Below are positions 8,431 to 17,161 of a DNA stretch of 64,000 nucleotides, piece after piece (within the stretch, counting starts at the first letter, position 1; every line of letters starts with the position of its first letter). The notes below the pieces were generated by a model. It saw nothing but the letters and a program-made list of their open reading frames with translations. It was not told where the DNA came from and ran no database searches. Made by a program: the position numbers and the translations under genes. The stretch is from Flavobacteriales bacterium (lineage in GTDB: Bacteria; Bacteroidota; Bacteroidia; Flavobacteriales_F; PHOS-HE28), in assembly GCA_041745875.1 (NCBI GenBank), contig JBGTIB010000306.1:298-64297 (forward strand), in the 5' to 3' direction.

Positions 8431-9078
8431 TCAAGGCGCGGGATGATCCGGGATATTCAACCCAAGAATCACATCCTTTTCAGCGACTTGCAGCTCTTCC
8501 TCGAACCGGATGCGAAGGATGCCACTCCCGGCGCGTTCCTCAAGACCTTCCCGCTTGAGCAATGGGTCATCATCGAACACAAGATCATCGATGTAATATT
8601 CATTGATGTCCGGTTCCTTCACCACCACATGGATGTGCGCCGGCAGACCGCCTTCGGGATAGGGTGCGGGCCGTAGGGTGTGGATCATGTAGCGGCCCTG
8701 GGCATCGCTCTTCACCCAACCCCGCAAGCTGCCATGTTCCCTCGGATCCTGTGCATGCCGTTGAGCGTAGATCCCCTGTGCGTCGGTATGCCAATAGTAC
8801 AGGATCACATCAGGCACAGGTGTATTTCCATCCATTCTCAGAACCCGTCCGGCGACCTTTAGTTTCTGCGCATCCTCATACCAACCTTCCGTAGTGTCGC
8901 TGGAGTGGATGGAAGAAGGCATTCCCTCGTACATCAGTTCGCATCCGTCGCAACCACCGCCGACCTTGACCTGCGAGCGTTGTACACGCTCATTACCGTC
9001 TCCGGATCCTTCGTTCGTTGCACAGCTCAGAAGACCTGTGGCGATGCAGACGGAGCTGAGCAAAAGGTGAGTTGCCAT
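8431..9078 (-). CDS. intradiol ring-cleavage dioxygenase-like lipoprotein
   Basis: Lipobox LLSC; VILYYWHTDAQGIY...GSLRGWVKSDAQGRYMIHTLRPAPYP....PAHIHVVV resembles the dioxygenase_C fold. Confidence 0.65.
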   Translation of the reverse strand: MATHLLLSSVCIATGLLSCATNEGSGDGNERVQRSQVKVGGGCDGCELMYEGMPSSIHSSDTTEGWYEDAQKLKVAGRVLRMDGNTPVPDVILYYWHTDAQGIYAQRHAQDPREHGSLRGWVKSDAQGRYMIHTLRPAPYPEGGLPAHIHVVVKEPDINEYYIDDLVFDDDPLLKREGLEERAGSGILRIRFEEELQVAEKDVILGLNIPDHPAP

Positions 9079-9152
9079 GGATGGTATCCGTGAAAGTTAA
9101 TGATCTTATTTCAGCTTAGTGCGCCACCGGACCTTCCCCGAACCATAGAATG

Positions 9153-10127
9153 TTATTCCGGCATGTATTGCTCCACAAAGAATTTCCTTCGCAGATACTG
9201 TTCTCTCCATTCCGGCGCCAGGCGATCCAGCAACAGGCCTTCCGCAAGACCCACTTCATAGAAGCACGCCCGCTGCGTGACCGCCAGATCGCAACTTTCG
9301 ATCCCGGCCGCCGAAGCGATCAGCTCATCACGGACATCGGTATAGGTGGTCCCATCGTCCGGCAGGTCCTGCGGCAACGAACGGTCACTTACCAGGTCCG
9401 CGAAGCGGTACTCGGTGTAACGCGCCAAGCCCTCCTGCCACAGTTGAAAGGAGAAATAGCGATAGTCCTTCTCGTCCAACGCTGACTTGAAGCGTTCACG
9501 CGCCTCTTTGTACCCGGACAATAACGCAGTACCCCGATCCTTGACGGCCGCTGCAAGTGCGGCCATGTAGTTCGCGTAGTGCGACAACACCCGCTCATCC
9601 TGGTAAGGGAACGGGTAGTTCAGCATCCACATCCCGGTCCGGTCCCCACCGGACAGGTCGAGCGAATCCACCATCCGGTAATGATCCGGTGCAGCGCTCT
9701 GATATTGGTGGAAATGCTCGTGCAGTACGGTGAGTATCCATTCCGCGGAACGTTTGCCGGTGTTCTCCGGTGTACCCACCACGATGGTGCTCTGGCCTTC
9801 GACGGCCGGGAAAGTGGCGAGCAACTGCGGCGGGAAAACCCGGGCACGGTGGAACACTTCGGCACCCAGCATCGGATCGACCCCAAGTGAAATGAAGTCT
9901 ACCGATGGCGACGGATGATGGATGAGGTACTCGATGCTGTCCATGACCAGCAGCAGTGTAAAGGGCACCTCATTGAACCCGGCCCAGAGATCGTCGCCAT
10001 ATGCTTCAGCGATGTCCATGGCCTCCTTGATGCGCAGCTTATCCTCCAAGCGCATCCGCGGCTGGTCCTGTGCCAGGCTGAATGATCCCAGGAAGCCGAA
10101 CAACATGATCGAGATCAAGTGGCGCAT
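9153..10127 (-). CDS. secreted hypothetical protein with HExxH motif (possible zinc metallopeptidase-like)
   Basis: Signal peptide MRHLISIMLFGFLGSFSLAQ; VLHEHFHQYQ motif. Confidence 0.55.
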   Translation of the reverse strand: MRHLISIMLFGFLGSFSLAQDQPRMRLEDKLRIKEAMDIAEAYGDDLWAGFNEVPFTLLLVMDSIEYLIHHPSPSVDFISLGVDPMLGAEVFHRARVFPPQLLATFPAVEGQSTIVVGTPENTGKRSAEWILTVLHEHFHQYQSAAPDHYRMVDSLDLSGGDRTGMWMLNYPFPYQDERVLSHYANYMAALAAAVKDRGTALLSGYKEARERFKSALDEKDYRYFSFQLWQEGLARYTEYRFADLVSDRSLPQDLPDDGTTYTDVRDELIASAAGIESCDLAVTQRACFYEVGLAEGLLLDRLAPEWREQYLRRKFFVEQYMPE

Positions 10128-10280
10128 GTATCGAAAGTAGAAGGCACGAACGCCACAAGCATAGGGTTCTTACCGACGGTTGTGAAAGTGATGGAAGGTG
10201 GTCTGTCAACCGTGTCCGTATGATCATAGAGGCATGGAATACCAAGGGGCCACGAAGCTTGTGGATGCGGTGAGCAAGCG

Positions 10281-11330
10281 CTAGCGTTGCCCTCCTGTAG
10301 TTCCTTCCAACGCCCTCTCGAGTGCCTTTTGGAATTCGTCGGGTTTGTCCATCCAAATGCTGTGGCCTGCGTCGTCCACTATTTCCAGTTGGGCATCCGG
10401 AAGCCTGGGCACCACATGCGGCCATAGTGCCGGACCCAGATCCACGTAGTCGCAGGTCCCCATGATCACATGCACCGGACCTTTGAACGCTTGTAAGGCG
10501 GGCCAGAATTCCTTCACCCGTTCTTCATACTGCGGATCGCTGAGCAGCGCATTCGCAGCCTTTTGGGAATAAAAGGCCATTCCACCCTGCATGCTGCGCC
10601 AGTTCTTATTGTTGCACGTATTGACGGTGGTGAACGAGATACGCCAGGCCTGGGTCCAGGCACGGTCCTTCAACACTCCGAGCAGGTTCAATTCCTGTGG
10701 TGGAACATGCATCAATGTGTCGGGGACAAGTCCTTCAGCGCGCATGGTGGCCACCGTACGTTGGTTAATGTCCTCGATGAACGCATTGGTGCGTTCCACC
10801 ATCTCTACGGAATCCGCCTGGGGCCACACTTCCCTTACGAACGCCATGTTCGGGCCCATGGAGAAAGGCGCAGGGTGTACCGCACCGATGAGCACAAGGC
10901 CTCTTACCCGCGCAGGGTGTCTGGCCAGGTATGCGTAGCTGAGTGCGGTGCCCATGGAGTGTGCTACGAGCGTCAGCTGATCCAGCCGCAATGAGCGGCG
11001 CAACTCCTCCAGGTCCTGTACCATGCGGTCCAGCGTAATGGTGCTGTCCGGTACTGGTGACCTCAGGGAGCCACGCTGGTCGTAGAACACACATCGATAG
11101 TTAGTACCCTGCCGTCCCACTGGATCGAGCAGATAGGAATGTTCAGCGCCCCAACCACCGTGCAACACGATCACCGTATCACCAGTGGCCGAGGCCTTTC
11201 CTGTCTCGTGGACATACAATAGATGACCATCGCTGGTATGCAAATACCATTGCTCACTTTGGGCTTGTGCGGTGCTGATCGGACCCGCGCACAGGATAAC
11301 GAGCAGATGAAGTTTGAACGTCTTGAACAT
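10281..11330 (-). CDS. secreted alpha/beta hydrolase
   Basis: Signal peptide; VIVLHGGWG oxyanion-region motif; nucleophile elbow AHSMGT; C-terminal DDAGHS. Confidence 0.75.
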   Translation of the reverse strand: MFKTFKLHLLVILCAGPISTAQAQSEQWYLHTSDGHLLYVHETGKASATGDTVIVLHGGWGAEHSYLLDPVGRQGTNYRCVFYDQRGSLRSPVPDSTITLDRMVQDLEELRRSLRLDQLTLVAHSMGTALSYAYLARHPARVRGLVLIGAVHPAPFSMGPNMAFVREVWPQADSVEMVERTNAFIEDINQRTVATMRAEGLVPDTLMHVPPQELNLLGVLKDRAWTQAWRISFTTVNTCNNKNWRSMQGGMAFYSQKAANALLSDPQYEERVKEFWPALQAFKGPVHVIMGTCDYVDLGPALWPHVVPRLPDAQLEIVDDAGHSIWMDKPDEFQKALERALEGTTGGQR

Positions 11331-11405
11331 GTGGACAAATTAGTAAAGCCATGCTGGATCTCGTCCAAGACGGCTGGGCGAGCAATGCCGGGCCTTTCAG
11401 CACGC

Positions 11406-11483
11406 CTTTGGACCTTCGCGGGGTCTGCTGCAAGGGATCCCTGCAAGACGTGGGTAGCTTCAGACGAGCCTGCGGAGGTCTGG
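11406..11483. repeat. REP-like element, degenerate copy
   Basis: ctttggaccttcgcggggtctgc...gcctgcggaggtctggg. Confidence 0.4.
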
Positions 11484-11565
11484 GACATCGTGCGGATCGG
11501 AAACCGGCCTCGCTCATGCGCCCAATGGAGGGCGACAGATCGGCCCATGCCTTCACACACCGTGT

Positions 11566-11663
11566 CCCAAACCTCCGCAGGGTCTCCCGACGCAGGAGGG
11601 TACCCTGCGGTACGAACGCGCAAACCGCAGGGTCCTCTGCGAGAGACCCTGCAGAGGTTTGGG
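11566..11663. repeat. REP/MITE-like nested palindrome, long form
   Basis: cccaaacctccgcagggtctcccgacgcaggagggtaccctgcggtacg...accgcagggtcctctgcgagagaccctgcagaggtttggg. Confidence 0.8.
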
Positions 11664-11877
11664 AAGTTCCTGGGAGGTCATTGAAGCAAGGAGCGTTAGG
11701 TACAAAGATGGTGTCTGAGGCCGCACCCGCAGCGGCGTCTTGTGCGGTACTTCGTTGCTGCGGTCAGTATGCAAGCGCAGACTCGCCGACCGGCAGGTGG
11801 CGCCGTTCAACGCCGACGCAACCGAACAGCCCTGTGGTCGTCTTCCCTGCGGAACCGATCCCGCCGACCCGCACACC

Positions 11878-13419
11878 ATGAGGACAACCCTGCTCACCGT
11901 TGCACTGCTGCTCATCCTGGACACCACCGCACAACAACCCTTCGCCCGTTATTTCGGCGATACGGCGAGCCTGTCGTTCCGGCGCATCGTGGCGGCCGGC
12001 GATGGCAACTACGTCGTGGCCGGCGTCACGTACAGTTGGGTGCCGGGCAGCTACGACGCCTTCCTGGCCAAGGTCGATCCCGCCGGCGAGTTGATCTGGC
12101 AGAAGCAGTACCAGGGCATGCACGACCAGCAATTCCGCGCTATCGCGGCCACCAGCGACCAGGGCCTCATCACCATCGGTTCCACCAACAGCAATGGCGA
12201 CGTGCAGCACGACGTGCTCATCCTGAAAATGAACAACGACGGTGAAACCCAGTGGGGGCGCACCATCGGCAACCTGGGGATGAACGAGAACGGGGTATCG
12301 GTACAGGAGATCGCGGGCGGTGGGTTCCGGATCGCGGCCTCCGGTGGCTGGACGGGTGCGCTGCTGGCACAACTCAATGCCACGGGCGATGCCGTATGGG
12401 CACATCGCTATGCGGTGCCCTTTTCTTCGCCCACCGTGCCGGTCGATGTGCGCAACACCGCCGATGGCGGGGCCATCCTGCTGTGCCGGCGTTTCACAGC
12501 GCTGTCCACCCACGACCTGGTGGTCTTCAAGACCGATGCGGTCGGATCCGTTCAGTGGGTCCGCGCGATCGGTGGCACAGGGAACGAAACGCCGCAGCAC
12601 ATCGAACAAAGCCCCGATGGCGGATACTTCATTTCCGCGAACAGCAACAGCTTTTTCCCCCATACGCAGCTTCTCATCAAGCTCTCTTCCGCAGGTACCC
12701 TGGAGTGGTGCCGTGGTTTCACCGAGGGAGGGGCCGGGGGTGCCTTCGTCGTGATGCCCGATGGGGGTGTCTGCCTCGCCAGCAATTCCAGCTCTTGGTT
12801 CGTGCTGATCCGCGTGGATGCGCAGGGCGAACTGCTCTGGGCCACACGCCAGCGCAATGGTCCACCAAGCAATTACCTGCAGGCCAACTCCATCTGCCGC
12901 ACCGACGATGGCTTCCTGATCTCGGGCGACACCCGGCCGATGGTCGGCGCCGACCTGCAGGGGCTGATCCTGAAGACCGACCTGTTGGGCAACTCCTGCT
13001 TCAGTTCAGACCAGGTCGTGGACCCTCTGCTCCTGACACCCGAACAGAACACCGACTTCACCGATGGCGTGGAGCAGATCCTCACCGTACCGTACATGCT
13101 AAGCGAGGCCCCCACGAACATGCTACGGATCGACCCCTGTGCACCAAGCTGGGTCGATGCGCTGCCTGGCCTTGTTGCTTCCGTCCATCCGAACCCCTTC
13201 ACCGGCAGACTGGTGATCACCACCTCGTCCCCTGGAGCCATGGACATCGCGCTGTACGATGCGCTCGGCCGCGCGGTCCATGTGCAGCAGGGGCAAAGCG
13301 CTGCCGATGGCGAAGTGATCATCGAGGGCCAGGTACTGCAGCAGCTGGCCAGGGGCATCTACCTGTTGCGCATCGAACAGGGAGGCGGGCAGGTGTTTCG
13401 GAAGTTGCTGAAGGAATAG
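11878..13419 (+). CDS. T9SS C-terminal-sorting-domain protein with beta-propeller-like repeats
   Basis: Signal peptide MRTTLLTVALLLILDTTAQQ at the internal ATG. Repeats of type G..I.G.T.S...D..L.K.D..G...W. C-terminal VHPNPFTGRLVI...GIYLLRIEQGGGQVFRKLLK is a T9SS CTD. Confidence 0.75.
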   Translation: MRTTLLTVALLLILDTTAQQPFARYFGDTASLSFRRIVAAGDGNYVVAGVTYSWVPGSYDAFLAKVDPAGELIWQKQYQGMHDQQFRAIAATSDQGLITIGSTNSNGDVQHDVLILKMNNDGETQWGRTIGNLGMNENGVSVQEIAGGGFRIAASGGWTGALLAQLNATGDAVWAHRYAVPFSSPTVPVDVRNTADGGAILLCRRFTALSTHDLVVFKTDAVGSVQWVRAIGGTGNETPQHIEQSPDGGYFISANSNSFFPHTQLLIKLSSAGTLEWCRGFTEGGAGGAFVVMPDGGVCLASNSSSWFVLIRVDAQGELLWATRQRNGPPSNYLQANSICRTDDGFLISGDTRPMVGADLQGLILKTDLLGNSCFSSDQVVDPLLLTPEQNTDFTDGVEQILTVPYMLSEAPTNMLRIDPCAPSWVDALPGLVASVHPNPFTGRLVITTSSPGAMDIALYDALGRAVHVQQGQSAADGEVIIEGQVLQQLARGIYLLRIEQGGGQVFRKLLKE

Positions 13420-13486
13420 GGTGGGCTGTAGTTGGGTGCGATCAGCACCGGGAGCGATGCACCACCTGGGACGCTGTTCCATGCCG

Positions 13487-13534
13487 TACGGGATCCGCAG
13501 GGTCTTCTGCGAGAGATCCTCCGGAGGTTGGAGG
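13487..13534. repeat. REP-like element, right half only
   Basis: gtacgggatccgcagggtcttctgcgagagatcctccggaggttggagg. Confidence 0.55.
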
Positions 13535-13686
13535 CTCGCACTGACATGTCGCGGATGACGCAGATGATGCAAGCTCACGGGACCTTGTGTTCGTGCTACA
13601 GCACCCGTCCCTAACTTTACACTGCAAGCGGATACCATGGACATCGCGCACATGAAGTCGCATCTGGTCGGACCCTATACGCTACA

Positions 13687-15177
13687 ATGATGCAACATCG
13701 GGGATCGGCGGCTTGTCCAAGTTTCTGGCGGATCGGTGTGCTGGCCACCTTGCTCATCGCTTGTCCTGCGATCGCCCAGAACAGTTTTATACGCACGTAC
13801 GGTTCCGATACGGTGAGCGATCAAGGATACTGCGTGATCCAAACCGCGGATGGTGGTTATTATCTCGCTGGTCTCGATGTCGTTGAAGATAGTGTGCTGA
13901 CTTACACGGGCCATGGTGTGATCCTGCGCGTGAATGCCGACGGTGATGAACTTTGGCGCAGGGCATATGGCGAGCCCGGCATGGCCAGCATGGGTTTCGA
14001 GCATATGATCCAAACTTCCGATGGCCACCTGTTGGTGACCGGTTTCCTCGATCATGGATGGACCGGAAATGCATCCGGTAAGGATACGTACATCGCGAAA
14101 CTTGATACGGCAGGCAACTTGATCTGGACCCATGTTGGCGGACAGGCACTTGCCCAGTGGGCATTCCGGTCAAGGGAAACACCGGATGGTGGTTCCATTT
14201 CGGCCGGCAGCGATCAGTTCATGAGTTCCGGTCAACATTATGCCAGCCACCTCGTGCGCCTGAACGATCTCGGTGACACGCTATGGACGCGTAGCTATCA
14301 CAACCCGAACCCCAATTGGTACCAGAACGCCTATTGCGTGGAGATCATGCCGGATTCCGGTTACGTATTGGCCGGCAAGCAGCGCTACTGGAGCCTGGCC
14401 TATGTGCATGTGATCCGTACCAACTCCTTGGGCGACACGCTCTGGACAAAGCGCTTGGAGGACCTTGGTTCAGGCGAAGCACGCGATGTGGTGGTGTCGA
14501 ACACCGGCAATATCCTGATCACCGGTTATGGCACAGCCAGCGGATACTCCAACCCTTTCCTTACCGAACTCGACCCTGATGGCAATGTGCTCTGGAGCCG
14601 GATCTACGATCATGCGGTCTCAGGCTGGTCCTATTCGCTATGCAAGACCCAGGAGGGTTATGCCCTGTTCGGCTTGACCTACGAGTACAAGCTCCACTTG
14701 ATCCATGTGGACCTGGCGGGCGATACCCTTTGGTCCAAACAATTTGAGATCGGATCGATCAATTACGGACATAGCGTGATCCAAACCACCGATGGAGGCT
14801 TCGCTATGACCGGCATAACTGGTACCACAGGCGTGGCAGGCAGCCCTGACATGTTCCTCATCAAGACCGATGCTTCCGGCAACGTACTTACTTCAACACA
14901 CGATGTTGCTTCGGATCCATCCGTTCCGGTCGTGCTGTTCCCCAATCCCACCCACAACGAAGCCACCGTACAATTCACAACACCCGACGCGCGCAGGTTT
15001 TCGCTACAGCTACGCGATGTCCATGGGCGGGTGATCAAGAACATCCTTGTGAACGAGCATCGTGGTCCTGGACAATACCGGGAGACTTTCGATCTGACGG
15101 GACTGGCACCAGGGAGCTATTATGTTGTGCTCAGTGATGCAGGTCGTGCGGTGACGGTAAAAGTGTTGAAGCTCTGA
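13687..15177 (+). CDS. T9SS C-terminal-sorting-domain protein with beta-propeller-like repeats (paralog type of 11878)
   Basis: Six or more repeats such as GNILITGYGTASGYSNPFLTELDPDGNVLWSRIY; C-terminal LFPNPTHNEATVQF...GSYYVVLSDAGRAVTVKVLKL. Confidence 0.75.
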   Translation: MMQHRGSAACPSFWRIGVLATLLIACPAIAQNSFIRTYGSDTVSDQGYCVIQTADGGYYLAGLDVVEDSVLTYTGHGVILRVNADGDELWRRAYGEPGMASMGFEHMIQTSDGHLLVTGFLDHGWTGNASGKDTYIAKLDTAGNLIWTHVGGQALAQWAFRSRETPDGGSISAGSDQFMSSGQHYASHLVRLNDLGDTLWTRSYHNPNPNWYQNAYCVEIMPDSGYVLAGKQRYWSLAYVHVIRTNSLGDTLWTKRLEDLGSGEARDVVVSNTGNILITGYGTASGYSNPFLTELDPDGNVLWSRIYDHAVSGWSYSLCKTQEGYALFGLTYEYKLHLIHVDLAGDTLWSKQFEIGSINYGHSVIQTTDGGFAMTGITGTTGVAGSPDMFLIKTDASGNVLTSTHDVASDPSVPVVLFPNPTHNEATVQFTTPDARRFSLQLRDVHGRVIKNILVNEHRGPGQYRETFDLTGLAPGSYYVVLSDAGRAVTVKVLKL

Positions 15178-15179
15178 GT

Positions 15180-15210
15180 GGCATGACGCGCGGGTCGCGT
15201 GCCCACTTTT
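15180..15210 (+). terminator. possible intrinsic terminator
   Basis: Imperfect GC-rich hairpin ggcatgacgcg-cgggt-cgcgtgcc followed by cacTTTT, 3 nt after the stop. Confidence 0.35.
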
Positions 15211-15321
15211 GACCGTCGTGCGAGAACCTTCGACCTTGAGCCTCGTTGCCGACTGATACTATGGTCCCGGTGAAGAGATGATCGGAGCTCGCTACCGTAC
15301 TTTGCCATAAAGCACCGCGCC

Positions 15322-15948
15322 ATGGACAACTTCGATCCGAAGCAGCACTGGGAGAACATCTATGCGAGGAAGGCGGCCACCGATGTGAGCTGGTATCAGG
15401 CCATGCCCCAGGTCTCGCTCGACCTTTTTGCGGAGTACCGGGTTCCGCTCGATGCACGAGTGATCGATGTGGGCGGCGGCGACAGCCTGCTGGTGGATCA
15501 TTTGCTGGAGCGCGGCCACACGGCCGTATCGGTGCTGGATATCAGCGGGGCCGCACTGGCGAAAGCCAGGGAACGGCTGGGCCCCAAGGCGGCACAGGTG
15601 GAATGGATCGAGGCGGATGCGACCGTGTTCGAGGTGGCGGAAGGATTCGATGTGTGGCACGACCGTGCCGTGTTCCACTTCCTCACCGACGATGCTGCCG
15701 TGGAGCGCTACCTGGAACGCCTCGCGAAATACCTGAAGCCGGGTGGACTGCTGATCCTGGCCACCTTCAGCGAGGATGGTCCGCAGAAATGCAGTGGCAT
15801 TGATGTGCATCGCTACAGCGAGGCGGAAATGACCGCGCGCCTACAGCGCCTGTGCGACCGCATCCGCTGTTTCAAGGTGGACCATGTGACGCCATCCGAT
15901 ACGGTGCAGAACTTTCTCTTTTGTGCATTCCGTAGGGCGGCTTTTTGA
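15322..15948 (+). CDS. class I SAM-dependent methyltransferase
   Basis: Motif I VIDVGGGDSLLVDHLLERG; VWHDRAVFHFL. Confidence 0.75.
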   Translation: MDNFDPKQHWENIYARKAATDVSWYQAMPQVSLDLFAEYRVPLDARVIDVGGGDSLLVDHLLERGHTAVSVLDISGAALAKARERLGPKAAQVEWIEADATVFEVAEGFDVWHDRAVFHFLTDDAAVERYLERLAKYLKPGGLLILATFSEDGPQKCSGIDVHRYSEAEMTARLQRLCDRIRCFKVDHVTPSDTVQNFLFCAFRRAAF

Positions 15949-16026
15949 GCGGAGGGAGGGAAGGGCCTACGACGACACTGCGCGCGTGGTGCGGCAGACG
16001 ACCGACGGATGCATGGTTTCGATGAG

Positions 16027-16103
16027 CCCCCAAACCTGCTCAGGTTTGACTGACCCAGGAGAGGTCCGATGCCTACCGGACCTGCTGAGGTTTTGAGGGT
16101 CAG
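16027..16103. repeat. palindromic intergenic element, diverged relative of the REP family
   Basis: cccccaaacctgctcaggtttg...ggacctgctgaggttttgagggtcag. Confidence 0.4.
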
Positions 16104-16164
16104 CCGCCCGACCGACCGTGAAATTGCAATGCTTCGGCTTGTTGCGGTCCGGTAGTTTCGCCGC

Positions 16165-16623
16165 ATGGATCTGCACGCACGTCTCCAGGCACTCGGCCAC
16201 ATCCTGCCTGCAGCAAGCACACCGGGTGGCAACTACGTGTCGGTGAACTTACGCGGACACACCGCCTTCGTGGCCATTCAGTTCCCCATCCGCGATGGCG
16301 CATTCCTGTACCAAGGCCTTCTGGGCGATACGCTCACCACCGCCGATGGCCGCGCCGCCATGGAACTCTGCGCCCTCAACGTACTGGCACAGATCGATGC
16401 GAAGGTCGGCTTCGACCGTGTGGAAGGGCTTGATCACATCGACGCCATGTACCGCGCTGCACCGGGCTGGGACGATGCCCCCATGGTGGTGGACGGCGCA
16501 TCGGACCTTTTCGTGGAAGTGCTCGGGGACAAGGGCCTCCACAGTCGCGCCATCTTCGGTGCGGCGGATCTGCCGCGGGGTTTCTGTGTGGGGCTGACGT
16601 GCCGCTTCACACTGAAAGGGTGA
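16165..16623 (+). CDS. RidA/YjgF family protein
   Basis: Typical N-terminus LP.....GNYV......G...F..GQ.P and overall size; recognised by eye only. Confidence 0.6.
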   Translation: MDLHARLQALGHILPAASTPGGNYVSVNLRGHTAFVAIQFPIRDGAFLYQGLLGDTLTTADGRAAMELCALNVLAQIDAKVGFDRVEGLDHIDAMYRAAPGWDDAPMVVDGASDLFVEVLGDKGLHSRAIFGAADLPRGFCVGLTCRFTLKG

Positions 16624-17161
16624 TCGAACGATCGTCCTCAACCTCGCCCTGCTTTCCCGACGCCCACGCGGCATACGGCGTATGTGCCGCGGCCATCTCC
16701 CGGTACAACCACGCCATGCGGTCCAGGAACCAGAGCTTGCCGGCATAGACCAGTGCGGCACCGAGGAGTGTTGCCCACAGGTGGTATTGCACCACACCGT
16801 AGATCACGAACAACGAACCGATCGCGGCCACCCCGCTGAGCACAAGCGGAGCCGTGCGATGGTGTTCCGGCACGGGCACCTCCTTGCGCGCCATCCACAC
16901 ACGTTCGCCCAGCACGGCGTGCGAAGCCCAGTTTCGCATGTGCTTCGGCTGTGGGAAGAGCAGGGGGTTCGCCCAGTTCCATACAAGCACCAAGGCGACA
17001 GGCACGAGGCACCACCAGCCCAGCCAGAGACGGCTCCACACGGCAAGGATCAACAGTGGCATCACCGTGTTGCGGGTCCATACGCTCCACGGGTTGGCAT
17101 GGCGCAGCCAGGTACGCTCGTCGAGCGCAAAGATCTTGGCCATGCGCTGTTCGATGTTCAT
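16607..17161 (-). CDS. integral membrane protein of unknown function
   Basis: Four hydrophobic segments; its start lies 4 nt inside the end of the RND gene (overlap 17158-17161), so it is probably co-transcribed. Confidence 0.6.
   Translation of the reverse strand: MNIEQRMAKIFALDERTWLRHANPWSVWTRNTVMPLLILAVWSRLWLGWWCLVPVALVLVWNWANPLLFPQPKHMRNWASHAVLGERVWMARKEVPVPEHHRTAPLVLSGVAAIGSLFVIYGVVQYHLWATLLGAALVYAGKLWFLDRMAWLYREMAAAHTPYAAWASGKQGEVEDDRSITLSV

Noticed and set aside
12252-13544. 430-aa same-strand alternative-frame ORF within the 11878-13419 gene
   Set aside because: It is extremely Arg/Gly/Pro-rich, whereas the chosen frame yields a signal peptide, repeats and a T9SS CTD.
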